A stretch of 64,000 bases of DNA from an uncultured Lachnospiraceae bacterium (lineage in GTDB: Bacteria; Bacillota; Clostridia; Oscillospirales; CAG-272): contig CAZCJU010000003.1 of assembly GCA_964498965.1 (NCBI GenBank), positions 107 through 64,106 of the forward strand. Reading direction: 5' to 3'. The notes under the pieces were generated by a model. That model saw nothing but the letters and a program-made list of their open reading frames with translations. It did not search any database and was not told the DNA's origin. Below are positions 35,957-43,817 of the stretch, in pieces. Position 1 is the first letter of the stretch. The number at the start of each line of letters is the position of its first letter. Position numbers and translations under genes: made by a program.

Positions 35957-38539
35957 TCATATCATTTTTTTCAATTCGCGCAAAAAGTCGAATGCTTCTA
36001 TGGGATTCATGAGATTGAGATCGACGTTTTCAAGTCTGCGGCGTATTTCGTCCGCCGCCACGGATTCGAGAGATATATTCATATCTTCAACACATTCAAC
36101 CGTTTTGGGTATTATTGCTCTCGGATTTTTGTTTTCCGCTTCGATAAGTATTTCACTTGCTCTTTTTGTGACCTCATTAGGCACGCCGGCAAGCTTTGCG
36201 ACCTCTATACCGTAGCTGTCGTCCGTCGCTCCTTTGACTATCTTACGCAGAAACGTTATGTTGCCGCCACGTTTTTTCGCCGCAATATTGTAATTCACCA
36301 CGCCCTCGCAAGTATCCTCGAGGTCTGTCAATTCGTGATAATGCGTGGCGAAAAGCGTTTTCGCACCTATTTTTTTCGCCGTATACTCCGCACAGGCACG
36401 TGCAATACTCATACCGTCAAATGTAGATGTTCCTCTGCCTATTTCGTCGTATATTATAAGGCTGTTTTTGGTGGCGTTATTTAGTATTTCCGCCACCTCG
36501 TTCATTTCTGTCATAAACGTGGACTGACCGGACACAAGGTCGTCGCTCGCACCGACACGCGTGAATATTCTGTCAACAAGACCTATTCTCGCTTCGCTTG
36601 CGGGTACGAAAGAACCCATATGAGCCATGATAACTATTATGGCGACCTGTCGCATATACGTAGATTTTCCCGCCATATTCGGGCCTGTTATCAGCATGAG
36701 CCTGTTATGCTGTGTATCAAGCACGGTATCGTTCGGCACGAACCGAGCCTGCTCCGCAAATTTTTCCACCACCGGGTGTCTGCCGTCTTTTATATATATC
36801 ATATCGGACAGATCTACCTCCGGTCTGACATAACCGTGCTTCAACGCCGCCGTAGCGAGCGACAACAATGCGTCCGTCTGTGCAACGTATTCCGCCGCAC
36901 TCGTCATTCTTTCTATGCTTTCGCTTAATTTTTCCTTAAGCTCGCAAAAAAGCTCGTACTCCAGCTTTACCGCCTTATCGCCGGCACCCAATATTTCGCC
37001 CTCGAATTTTTTCAGTTCCTCGGTGATATATCTTTCGCAATTGGTCAGCGTCTGCTTTCTGATATATCTGTCGGGTACGTTTTCCGCATTCGAGCGGCTC
37101 ACCTCTATATAGTATCCGAAAACTCTGTTATACGATATTTTTAAATTCTTTATTCCCGTCGCACGCCGTTCGTTTTCCTCCGTTTGTCGCAGGAAGGAAT
37201 CGCCGTCCTTCAATATTTGTCTGAGTCTGTCAAGCTCTTTGTTGTGTCCGCTCCGTATAAATCCGCCCTCACGCACCGAAAACGGCACTTCGTCGTCGAG
37301 CGTATTGTGTATCAGCTCCGCAACGTCCTCGAGAGTGTCGATCTTCTCCGCCAGCTCATCCGTGCTTTCGTTTTTCAGTGCCGAAACGCACGAGCGGACA
37401 CGGGGCATACAACGACACGTCTGCTCTATGGCTTTCATATCTCTCGGATTTACCGAGCCGTAAACTATTTTCGCACACAGTCTTTGCAGATCAAGCACGC
37501 CTCGCAGGGCTTCGCCGAGTTCGTTTGAAACGGTGAAATCGTTTATCATCGCCTCAATACGGTTTTGGCGTGTGTTTATCTCGTTTAATGAATAAAGCGG
37601 CTCGTTTATCCACTTTTTCAGCATTCTCGCTCCGCCCGAGGTCTTTGTACTGTCAAGCACCCAGAGCAACGAGCCTTTTTTCTGACCTCTACGCATACTC
37701 TCGCACAGCTCCAAACTGCGTCTTGCGTTCAGATCGAGCTGTAAATGCTGTCCCGAGGTATATATTTCGAGCTTGTTTATGAATGAAATATCCGTCATTT
37801 GCGTAGCTTCGACATACTGCAGCAACGCACCGACGCATTTCACCGTTTCGACTTCAAGTCTTGTCGCATTCGTTTCGGGAAATTGCTTTTTCACACATTG
37901 CAGGCATTCGGAAAACACGAAGAGGTTTTCGCAGTCGTCGTTCACCGTGCATTGCAACTGTTTTGAGAAAAATTCGGATAAATGCGGGAAGTTAGTGGCG
38001 GAAGCACTTAAAAGTACCTCTTTCGGTCTGTATGTTCCGCATTCGTTTATGACGAATTCCTCTCCGTGCATAGCGTCGCCGCCGTCTCTGAACGAAGTGA
38101 ATATGTTGCCGGTGGAAATGTCGGAAAAGCACACCGCCGCCCGATCGCCGTCAATGTAAATTCCGGCTATGTAGCTGTTGTCGTTTTCATCGAGCATATT
38201 CGCCGATGTCACCGTTCCGGGCGTTATCAAACGAACTATCTCGCGTCGTACAAGCCCTTTCGCTTGCGACGGATCCTCGGTCTGCTCGCAAACGGCTATT
38301 TTGTATCCGCTTTTCACGAGTTTTTCTATGTAGCCGTCTACACTGTGATAGGGTACACCGCACATCGGAGCTCGCTCGGCTTCGCCGCAATCGCGTCCGG
38401 TGAGCGTAAGCTCAAGCACAGAAGAGGCGGTCTTTGCATCGTCGAAAAACATTTCGTAAAAATCGCCCAAACGGTACATTAAAATGTAGTCCGTATAATT
38501 CTTTTTTATCTCCAAATACTGGAGCATCATCGGTGTCAT
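35957..38539 (-). CDS. mutS: DNA mismatch repair protein MutS
   Basis: N-terminal MTPMMLQYLEIK and Walker A GPNMAGKSTYMRQ. Track ORF trimmed to ATG 38539, preceded by GGAGGG. Confidence 0.95.
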   Translation of the reverse strand: MTPMMLQYLEIKKNYTDYILMYRLGDFYEMFFDDAKTASSVLELTLTGRDCGEAERAPMCGVPYHSVDGYIEKLVKSGYKIAVCEQTEDPSQAKGLVRREIVRLITPGTVTSANMLDENDNSYIAGIYIDGDRAAVCFSDISTGNIFTSFRDGGDAMHGEEFVINECGTYRPKEVLLSASATNFPHLSEFFSKQLQCTVNDDCENLFVFSECLQCVKKQFPETNATRLEVETVKCVGALLQYVEATQMTDISFINKLEIYTSGQHLQLDLNARRSLELCESMRRGQKKGSLLWVLDSTKTSGGARMLKKWINEPLYSLNEINTRQNRIEAMINDFTVSNELGEALRGVLDLQRLCAKIVYGSVNPRDMKAIEQTCRCMPRVRSCVSALKNESTDELAEKIDTLEDVAELIHNTLDDEVPFSVREGGFIRSGHNKELDRLRQILKDGDSFLRQTEENERRATGIKNLKISYNRVFGYYIEVSRSNAENVPDRYIRKQTLTNCERYITEELKKFEGEILGAGDKAVKLEYELFCELKEKLSESIERMTSAAEYVAQTDALLSLATAALKHGYVRPEVDLSDMIYIKDGRHPVVEKFAEQARFVPNDTVLDTQHNRLMLITGPNMAGKSTYMRQVAIIVIMAHMGSFVPASEARIGLVDRIFTRVGASDDLVSGQSTFMTEMNEVAEILNNATKNSLIIYDEIGRGTSTFDGMSIARACAEYTAKKIGAKTLFATHYHELTDLEDTCEGVVNYNIAAKKRGGNITFLRKIVKGATDDSYGIEVAKLAGVPNEVTKRASEILIEAENKNPRAIIPKTVECVEDMNISLESVAADEIRRRLENVDLNLMNPIEAFDFLRELKKMI

Positions 38540-38656
38540 GTGTACCCTCCGAAAATTTAATTTGTCGTTGTTTTTTGAAAATACCGTCCCATTTATCAAT
38601 GAAAGCAAATTTCGGGTTGCCATCTTTCCGAAAAAGGCGGAAGGTTTATGCACGGG

Positions 38657-40525
38657 TCAGCGGTCGGCTGTGAGGTAGATGAGCAGTACGGAGATATCGG
38701 CGGGGGAAACGCCGCTTATTCTCGACGCTTGGCCTATGCTTTCGGGGCGAAATTTTTCGAGCTTTTGCATAGCCTCAATACGTAGACCTTTTATTTTCGT
38801 ATAATCGATATTTTCGGGCAATTGCGTTTTTTCGAGCTTTTGCGATCTGCGAACCTGAGCATACTGTTTTTCGATATATCCGGCGTATTTTATTTTAACG
38901 CCCGCGGCGAACAAAATATCCTTGTCCTTTTCCGTTCTCGACGTATCGAATTCGGACAAAGCGTTATGATCCACGCCGGGGCGACGGAGCAATTCATCGA
39001 GGTGAAAAGCTCTCGGAGCGGATTCCGGCGAGCCTATCACCTCGTACAGAGCCTCACTCGGCTTAATTACGGTTTTTTTCGCCCGTTCTATCTCGTCGTT
39101 TATACGTTTTTGTTTTTCGAGGAATTTCTCGTACCGTTCGTTATCGATCAAGCCGACACGGCGACCTATGGGAGTAAGGCGTTCATCGGCATTATCCTGT
39201 CTGAGCAGAAGTCTGTACTCGCACCGCGAAGTCATTATTCTGTACGGCTCATTAGTACCTTTTGTGACGAGATCGTCTATAAGCGTACCTATATACGATT
39301 CCTGCCGCAGAAGCACCATCGGTTCTTCGCCTTTCAACTTGAGGGCTGCGTTTATGCCGGCGACAAGGCCCTGAGCGGCTGCCTCCTCGTATCCGGACGT
39401 TCCGTTGAACTGTCCCGCACCGTACAGACCGGATATATTTTTAAATTCGAGAGTGGCTTTAAGCTGGGTCGGGTCTATACAATCGTACTCTATGGCATAC
39501 GCATGACGCATTATCAATGCGTTTTCGAAGCCGTCGAGCGAATGTAGCATTTCGAGTTGGACATCGGGCGGGAGTGACGAGGAAAAGCCCTGCAGATACA
39601 ACTCCTCCGTATCCTCGCCGAGGGGTTCGACAAACAGCTGATGTCGTTCCTTATCCGCAAAACGGACTATTTTATCCTCTATACTCGGGCAATATCTCGG
39701 ACCTGTGCCTTTTATGACACCCGAATACAGCGGTGAGCGGTGAAGATTATCTTTGATTATTTTATGTGTTTTTTCGTTTGTATAAACGATATGGCAAGGC
39801 AATGAGGGACGAGCGGCGAAGCTTTCCCTATCGGTCAGCACCGAAAACGGGATCTCGCAATCGGCGTGCTGTTCTTCCAGCTTAGTCAAGTCAACGCTCG
39901 AGCGTAAGACTCTTGCGGGAGTACCCGTTTTGAACCTCATCAGTCGTATACCGGCTTTTTCGAGCGATGCGGAGAGTCCGAGTGAGGGCAAAAAGCCGTC
40001 CGGACCGGATGAATACGCCGTATCGCCGACGACGACACGACTTTGCAGGTACGTGCCTGTGCATACTATGACGCATTTACAGTCGAATCTGACGTTAAGC
40101 GAGGTTATTACGCCCTTGACTTCGCCGTTTTCGATGACTATATCCGTGACTTCCGCCTGATACAATCGCAGGTTTTTCGTTTGCTCTATCGTATGCTTCA
40201 TCAAAATATGGTATTTCGCACGGTCCGCCTGCACACGTTTTGAGTGTACGGCGGGACCTTTACCCAAATTCAGCATACGGTTTTGGAGTGTGACATCGTC
40301 GGCGGTTTTTCCCATTTGACCGCCCAACGCATCTATTTCGAACACGAGGTGTCCCTTGCCCGTGCCGCCGATCGATGGGTTACAGGGCATATTTCCGACG
40401 GAATCGAGGTTCATGGTGAACAATATCGTATCAATTCCGAGCCTTGCACACGCCAAAGCGGCTTCTATTCCGGCATGGCCCGCACCTATCACGGCAACGC
40501 TTGTTTCTCCGAGCTTACATACCAT
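38657..40525 (-). CDS. mnmG: tRNA uridine 5-carboxymethylaminomethyl modification enzyme MnmG (GidA)
   Basis: FAD motif VIGAGHAGIEAALACARLG. 622 aa with typical GidA conservation throughout. Confidence 0.95.
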   Translation of the reverse strand: MVCKLGETSVAVIGAGHAGIEAALACARLGIDTILFTMNLDSVGNMPCNPSIGGTGKGHLVFEIDALGGQMGKTADDVTLQNRMLNLGKGPAVHSKRVQADRAKYHILMKHTIEQTKNLRLYQAEVTDIVIENGEVKGVITSLNVRFDCKCVIVCTGTYLQSRVVVGDTAYSSGPDGFLPSLGLSASLEKAGIRLMRFKTGTPARVLRSSVDLTKLEEQHADCEIPFSVLTDRESFAARPSLPCHIVYTNEKTHKIIKDNLHRSPLYSGVIKGTGPRYCPSIEDKIVRFADKERHQLFVEPLGEDTEELYLQGFSSSLPPDVQLEMLHSLDGFENALIMRHAYAIEYDCIDPTQLKATLEFKNISGLYGAGQFNGTSGYEEAAAQGLVAGINAALKLKGEEPMVLLRQESYIGTLIDDLVTKGTNEPYRIMTSRCEYRLLLRQDNADERLTPIGRRVGLIDNERYEKFLEKQKRINDEIERAKKTVIKPSEALYEVIGSPESAPRAFHLDELLRRPGVDHNALSEFDTSRTEKDKDILFAAGVKIKYAGYIEKQYAQVRRSQKLEKTQLPENIDYTKIKGLRIEAMQKLEKFRPESIGQASRISGVSPADISVLLIYLTADR

Positions 40526-41504
40526 GCTCGATCGCCTCCGTACAAGCCTCGGACACTATATCGAGGCACTGCTCGATATCGTCGGCTTTGATACTGCAGC
40601 CTGCAGCACGGCTGTGACCGCCGCCGCCGAATTCGGCTGCAATTACGGACACATCGACGTGCTTCGAGCGAAACGAAACACGGTATTCGCCGACGCAGGC
40701 TTCCTTTACGGAAAACGCTATTTCCACGCTCGGCACGCCGCGAGCCAAATTAACTATATCCCCGTCCTCGCCGTTCGGCATACCGTAAGCGAGGCGCATT
40801 TCCTCGGTTATATACGTGCCGACGACACGGTCGAACGAATAAAACCGCATATTATCTATGATCTCCGCCTGCATTTCAAGCTGGAGCTTCGTTATAAAAT
40901 TATGGAGCTCGTCGTTTATCGTCGAACTGTCTATGCCGTATTCGAGCAACTCGGCTGCGATACGGTGCGTTTTCGGTGTTGTATTCGAGTATGCGAAGCC
41001 GCCCGTATCGGAGGATATCGCACAATACAGGTATTCCGCACATTCTTTGTCGAGTTTGCCGACACCGTCCGATTCGAGCTGCTTTCCTATCTCGTAAACG
41101 ATCTCGCCGCAGGCAGCGGCGGTGTCATCGACGCAGACACGGCAATTACCGTCAAGTCGGGACGAGGAATGGTGGTCAATTGCGAAATCTATTCTGTCCG
41201 CATATTCCTTATATCTGCCGAGAAGTGAAAAATCGGCAACATCGACGGTGATATAGCACTTAGGCGAAAAGCCGATGAGCCGTTCTATACCGAGATCGTC
41301 GGTTTCGGTCAAAAAGCAGAGGCGTGCGGGTATTCTGTCCGCACAAACTACCTCAGCACGTCTGCCGGTGCTTTCCAATATGCGTTTAAGCCCCAGAGCC
41401 GAGCCTAACGTATCGCCGTCGGGGCGAGAGTGGGTAAACAGCAGAAAGCTGCCGTATTCGGTCAGCCTTTTGCACAGCTCGGGAACTGAGATAAGCTCAG
41501 CCAT
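40515..41504 (-). CDS. nrnA: DHH/DHHA1 phosphoesterase (NrnA-like oligoribonuclease / pAp phosphatase)
   Basis: FTHSRPDGDTLGSALGL, AIDHHSS (DHH) and GGGGHSRAAG (DHHA1) motifs. Trimmed to ATG 41504, an 8-nt overlap with rbfA. Confidence 0.8.
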   Translation of the reverse strand: MAELISVPELCKRLTEYGSFLLFTHSRPDGDTLGSALGLKRILESTGRRAEVVCADRIPARLCFLTETDDLGIERLIGFSPKCYITVDVADFSLLGRYKEYADRIDFAIDHHSSSRLDGNCRVCVDDTAAACGEIVYEIGKQLESDGVGKLDKECAEYLYCAISSDTGGFAYSNTTPKTHRIAAELLEYGIDSSTINDELHNFITKLQLEMQAEIIDNMRFYSFDRVVGTYITEEMRLAYGMPNGEDGDIVNLARGVPSVEIAFSVKEACVGEYRVSFRSKHVDVSVIAAEFGGGGHSRAAGCSIKADDIEQCLDIVSEACTEAIEHGM

Positions 41505-41868
41505 TTTCGTTTTCCCCGCTAATTTCTTTGAGAATTTTAGATATACCCGCACCGTATTCCGCACTCGTATCGGGTACGAATGTAAGTTCGGGCGTTACAC
41601 GCAGGTTAAGCGAGGCGGCAAGCTCCCGTCTGATGTATCCGGAAGCGGACTTCAGTCCCGTTTTGATCTCCTTGCGAGCCGCCGTCGCTTCTTCGCCGTC
41701 GAGCTTATCCAAAAACGTGAAATACACCTTGGCGTATTTTAAGTCGGCGGAAACGTCACAGCCCGTTATACAGGTTAGATATCCGTTCACCCTCGGGTCC
41801 TTGACGCCTCGTATTATGCGGGAAAGCTCCCGCATAACCTCTTCGTTTATTCTTTGTTTTCTGTACAT
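41497..41868 (-). CDS. rbfA: Ribosome-binding factor A
   Basis: 123 aa. RINEEVMRELSRIIR..VKDPRV...T.VDVS.DL..AKVYF is the RbfA pattern. Confidence 0.9.
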   Translation of the reverse strand: MYRKQRINEEVMRELSRIIRGVKDPRVNGYLTCITGCDVSADLKYAKVYFTFLDKLDGEEATAARKEIKTGLKSASGYIRRELAASLNLRVTPELTFVPDTSAEYGAGISKILKEISGENENG

Positions 41869-41896
41869 AATGTTTTTCGGGCGGAACGCTCAAAAA

Positions 41897-42964
41897 TTAT
41901 ATTTTCATCGTCCAGCCGAATTTGTCCTCTATCATGCCCCACTGAATACCCGTAAGGGTGTCGTAGAGCCACTGAGATATTTTACCTATTTTACCGTCGT
42001 TGATAAGAGCTTTTTTATTCTCGTCGTCAAGCGTACCGATGGGAGAAATTACCGCCGCCGTTCCCGTGCCGAACGCTTCTTTAAGCTCGCCCTTGTCGTA
42101 TGCTTCGTAAAGCTCGTCTACCGACACCTTACGCTCGGAAACCTTGTAACCCTCGCTCTTGAGCAGCTCGATGCAGGACGCTCTCGTCACGCCGGGAAGA
42201 ATATTGCCCAGATCGAGTGCGGGCGTTACCACTTCATCGCCGAGAACGAAAAATACGTTCATCGCACCGACCTCGTCGATGTACTTTCTTTCAACGCCGT
42301 CGAGCCAAAGAACCTGCGAATAACCGAGCTTTGCGGCTTTTTCCTGCCCTTTAAGGCTTGCGGCATAGTTACCGCCGACCTTGGCAAAGCCCGTACCGCC
42401 CTTAACGGCACGAACGTATTCTCTTTCGATAAATATTTTAACGGGGTTGATACCCTCCGCATAATATGCCGCAACGGGCGAGAGGATTATGCAGAAAATA
42501 TACGTGTGCGACGGGTGAACGCCGAGCTGAGGGTCTGTCGCTATGATAAACGGTCTGATGTAAAGGCTCGTGCCGACGGATGTCGGTATCCAGTCTTTGT
42601 CGAAAAGCACAGTTTCCTTTATGGCTTGAAGCACGTCCTCGTCGGGAATTTGCGGTATGCAAAGACGTTCGTTCGTGTTTCTCATACGCTCGATATTCTT
42701 CATGGGACGGAAAAGCTGAATGTCGCCCGACGGCGTGCAATATGCTTTCATTCCCTCGAACATCTCCTGTGCATAGTGGAATACCATGGCACTGGGGTCA
42801 AGACTGATGGGAGCGTAAGGAACGATCCTTGCATCGTGCCAGCCCTTGCCCTCGGTGTAATTCATCAGAAACATATGATCGGTGAAGTATTTGCCGAAGC
42901 CGAGATTATTGTAATCGGGCTTTGTTTTGGGTGTTTGCGTTCTTATCTTTTTGATTTCAAGCAT
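41897..42964 (-). CDS. ilvE: Branched-chain amino acid aminotransferase
   Basis: 355 aa of the class IV aminotransferase family. GFGKYFTDHMF N-terminus and GGTGFAKVGGNYAASL are typical of the long IlvE form. Confidence 0.9.
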   Translation of the reverse strand: MLEIKKIRTQTPKTKPDYNNLGFGKYFTDHMFLMNYTEGKGWHDARIVPYAPISLDPSAMVFHYAQEMFEGMKAYCTPSGDIQLFRPMKNIERMRNTNERLCIPQIPDEDVLQAIKETVLFDKDWIPTSVGTSLYIRPFIIATDPQLGVHPSHTYIFCIILSPVAAYYAEGINPVKIFIEREYVRAVKGGTGFAKVGGNYAASLKGQEKAAKLGYSQVLWLDGVERKYIDEVGAMNVFFVLGDEVVTPALDLGNILPGVTRASCIELLKSEGYKVSERKVSVDELYEAYDKGELKEAFGTGTAAVISPIGTLDDENKKALINDGKIGKISQWLYDTLTGIQWGMIEDKFGWTMKI

Positions 42965-43059
42965 TTTATTTACCTCTAAATAATTATAAAATTCTTCTGA
43001 TTTACGTCTTTTCTTCGGAAAAGACGGACCATGCGTAGCATGGTGGTCGAGGCGAAGGA

Positions 43060-43195
43060 GGTCGCACGGACTAACTCAGTCGGTACGGCGGGATAACGCC
43101 CTCATCCGTCGGTTTCGCCAACGCCTTCCCCAAGGGGGAAGGCGTTACAGAGGTACGATCGACACCTTTCCCGGATGGAAAAGGCTTACGAAACG
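43060..43195 (+). repeat. Modular hairpin intergenic repeat, copy B
   Basis: M1 GCACGGACTAACTCAGTCGGTAC (43064-43086). M2 GGATAACGCCCTCATCCGTC (43091-43110). Hairpin ACGCCTTCCCCaagGGGGAAGGCGT (43121-43145). Hairpin CCTTTCCcggatGGAAAAGG plus CTTACG (43165-43190). Confidence 0.8.
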
Positions 43196-43208
43196 GGCGG
43201 GAAGGCAA

Positions 43209-43817
43209 TCATATATTCGAGATGAATTTACCGAGCATTTCGGCGATCCTCGTATATCCGAGCTTACTCGGGTGTACGCCGTCACGCAACAGGGCGGTAT
43301 GATTTTCTTCGTTAACGCACAGCAGCGAGTTCATATCGCAGATATTGTCGAAGTCCGAGCGAACCACCGCTTGTCGATAGTCGTCGAGGGTAAGTCCGAC
43401 GGGATTTTTCGTGACATCCGCAACGGCTTTCAGCTCCGTATCGGCACGTTCCGACAGTCGCCAGATCGGTGTACATATCACACTTTCGGCAAACGGGTAT
43501 TTTTCTCCGATCAGATCCACGACTTTTTCAAGCGAACGCCGAAATTCATCAAGCGTTACGCCGTAGAACCAATCGTTTGTTCCCGCCCAAACGAGTACGC
43601 AATCCGCACCCGCTTCGGGCGATGCGTTTTCCAGCTGTTCGACGACCGAAAACGGATAGCCCTCGCTCAGTGCGGCGGCATTCACCGCATGATTTTCAAC
43701 GTGCGACGTATCATGCGACACGTTCAAAGCTTCGCACAGCATTTTTTCATATCCGCCGCCGCTGAAATTCGTTGTGGAAATGCTGTCGCCGAATATTATG
43801 AGCCTTGTGACTCTCAT
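43209..43817 (-). CDS. SGNH/GDSL hydrolase family protein
   Basis: Block I IIFGDSIS (GDS) and block V DGVHPS (DxxH). The ATG overlaps the YfhO stop by 4 nt. Confidence 0.8.
   Translation of the reverse strand: MRVTRLIIFGDSISTTNFSGGGYEKMLCEALNVSHDTSHVENHAVNAAALSEGYPFSVVEQLENASPEAGADCVLVWAGTNDWFYGVTLDEFRRSLEKVVDLIGEKYPFAESVICTPIWRLSERADTELKAVADVTKNPVGLTLDDYRQAVVRSDFDNICDMNSLLCVNEENHTALLRDGVHPSKLGYTRIAEMLGKFISNI

Noticed and set aside
41528-42979. 483-aa plus-strand ORF spanning rbfA and ilvE
   Set aside because: It runs antisense to two well-supported genes and crosses their intergenic gap. It has no motifs and an R/F/V-rich composition typical of shadow frames.
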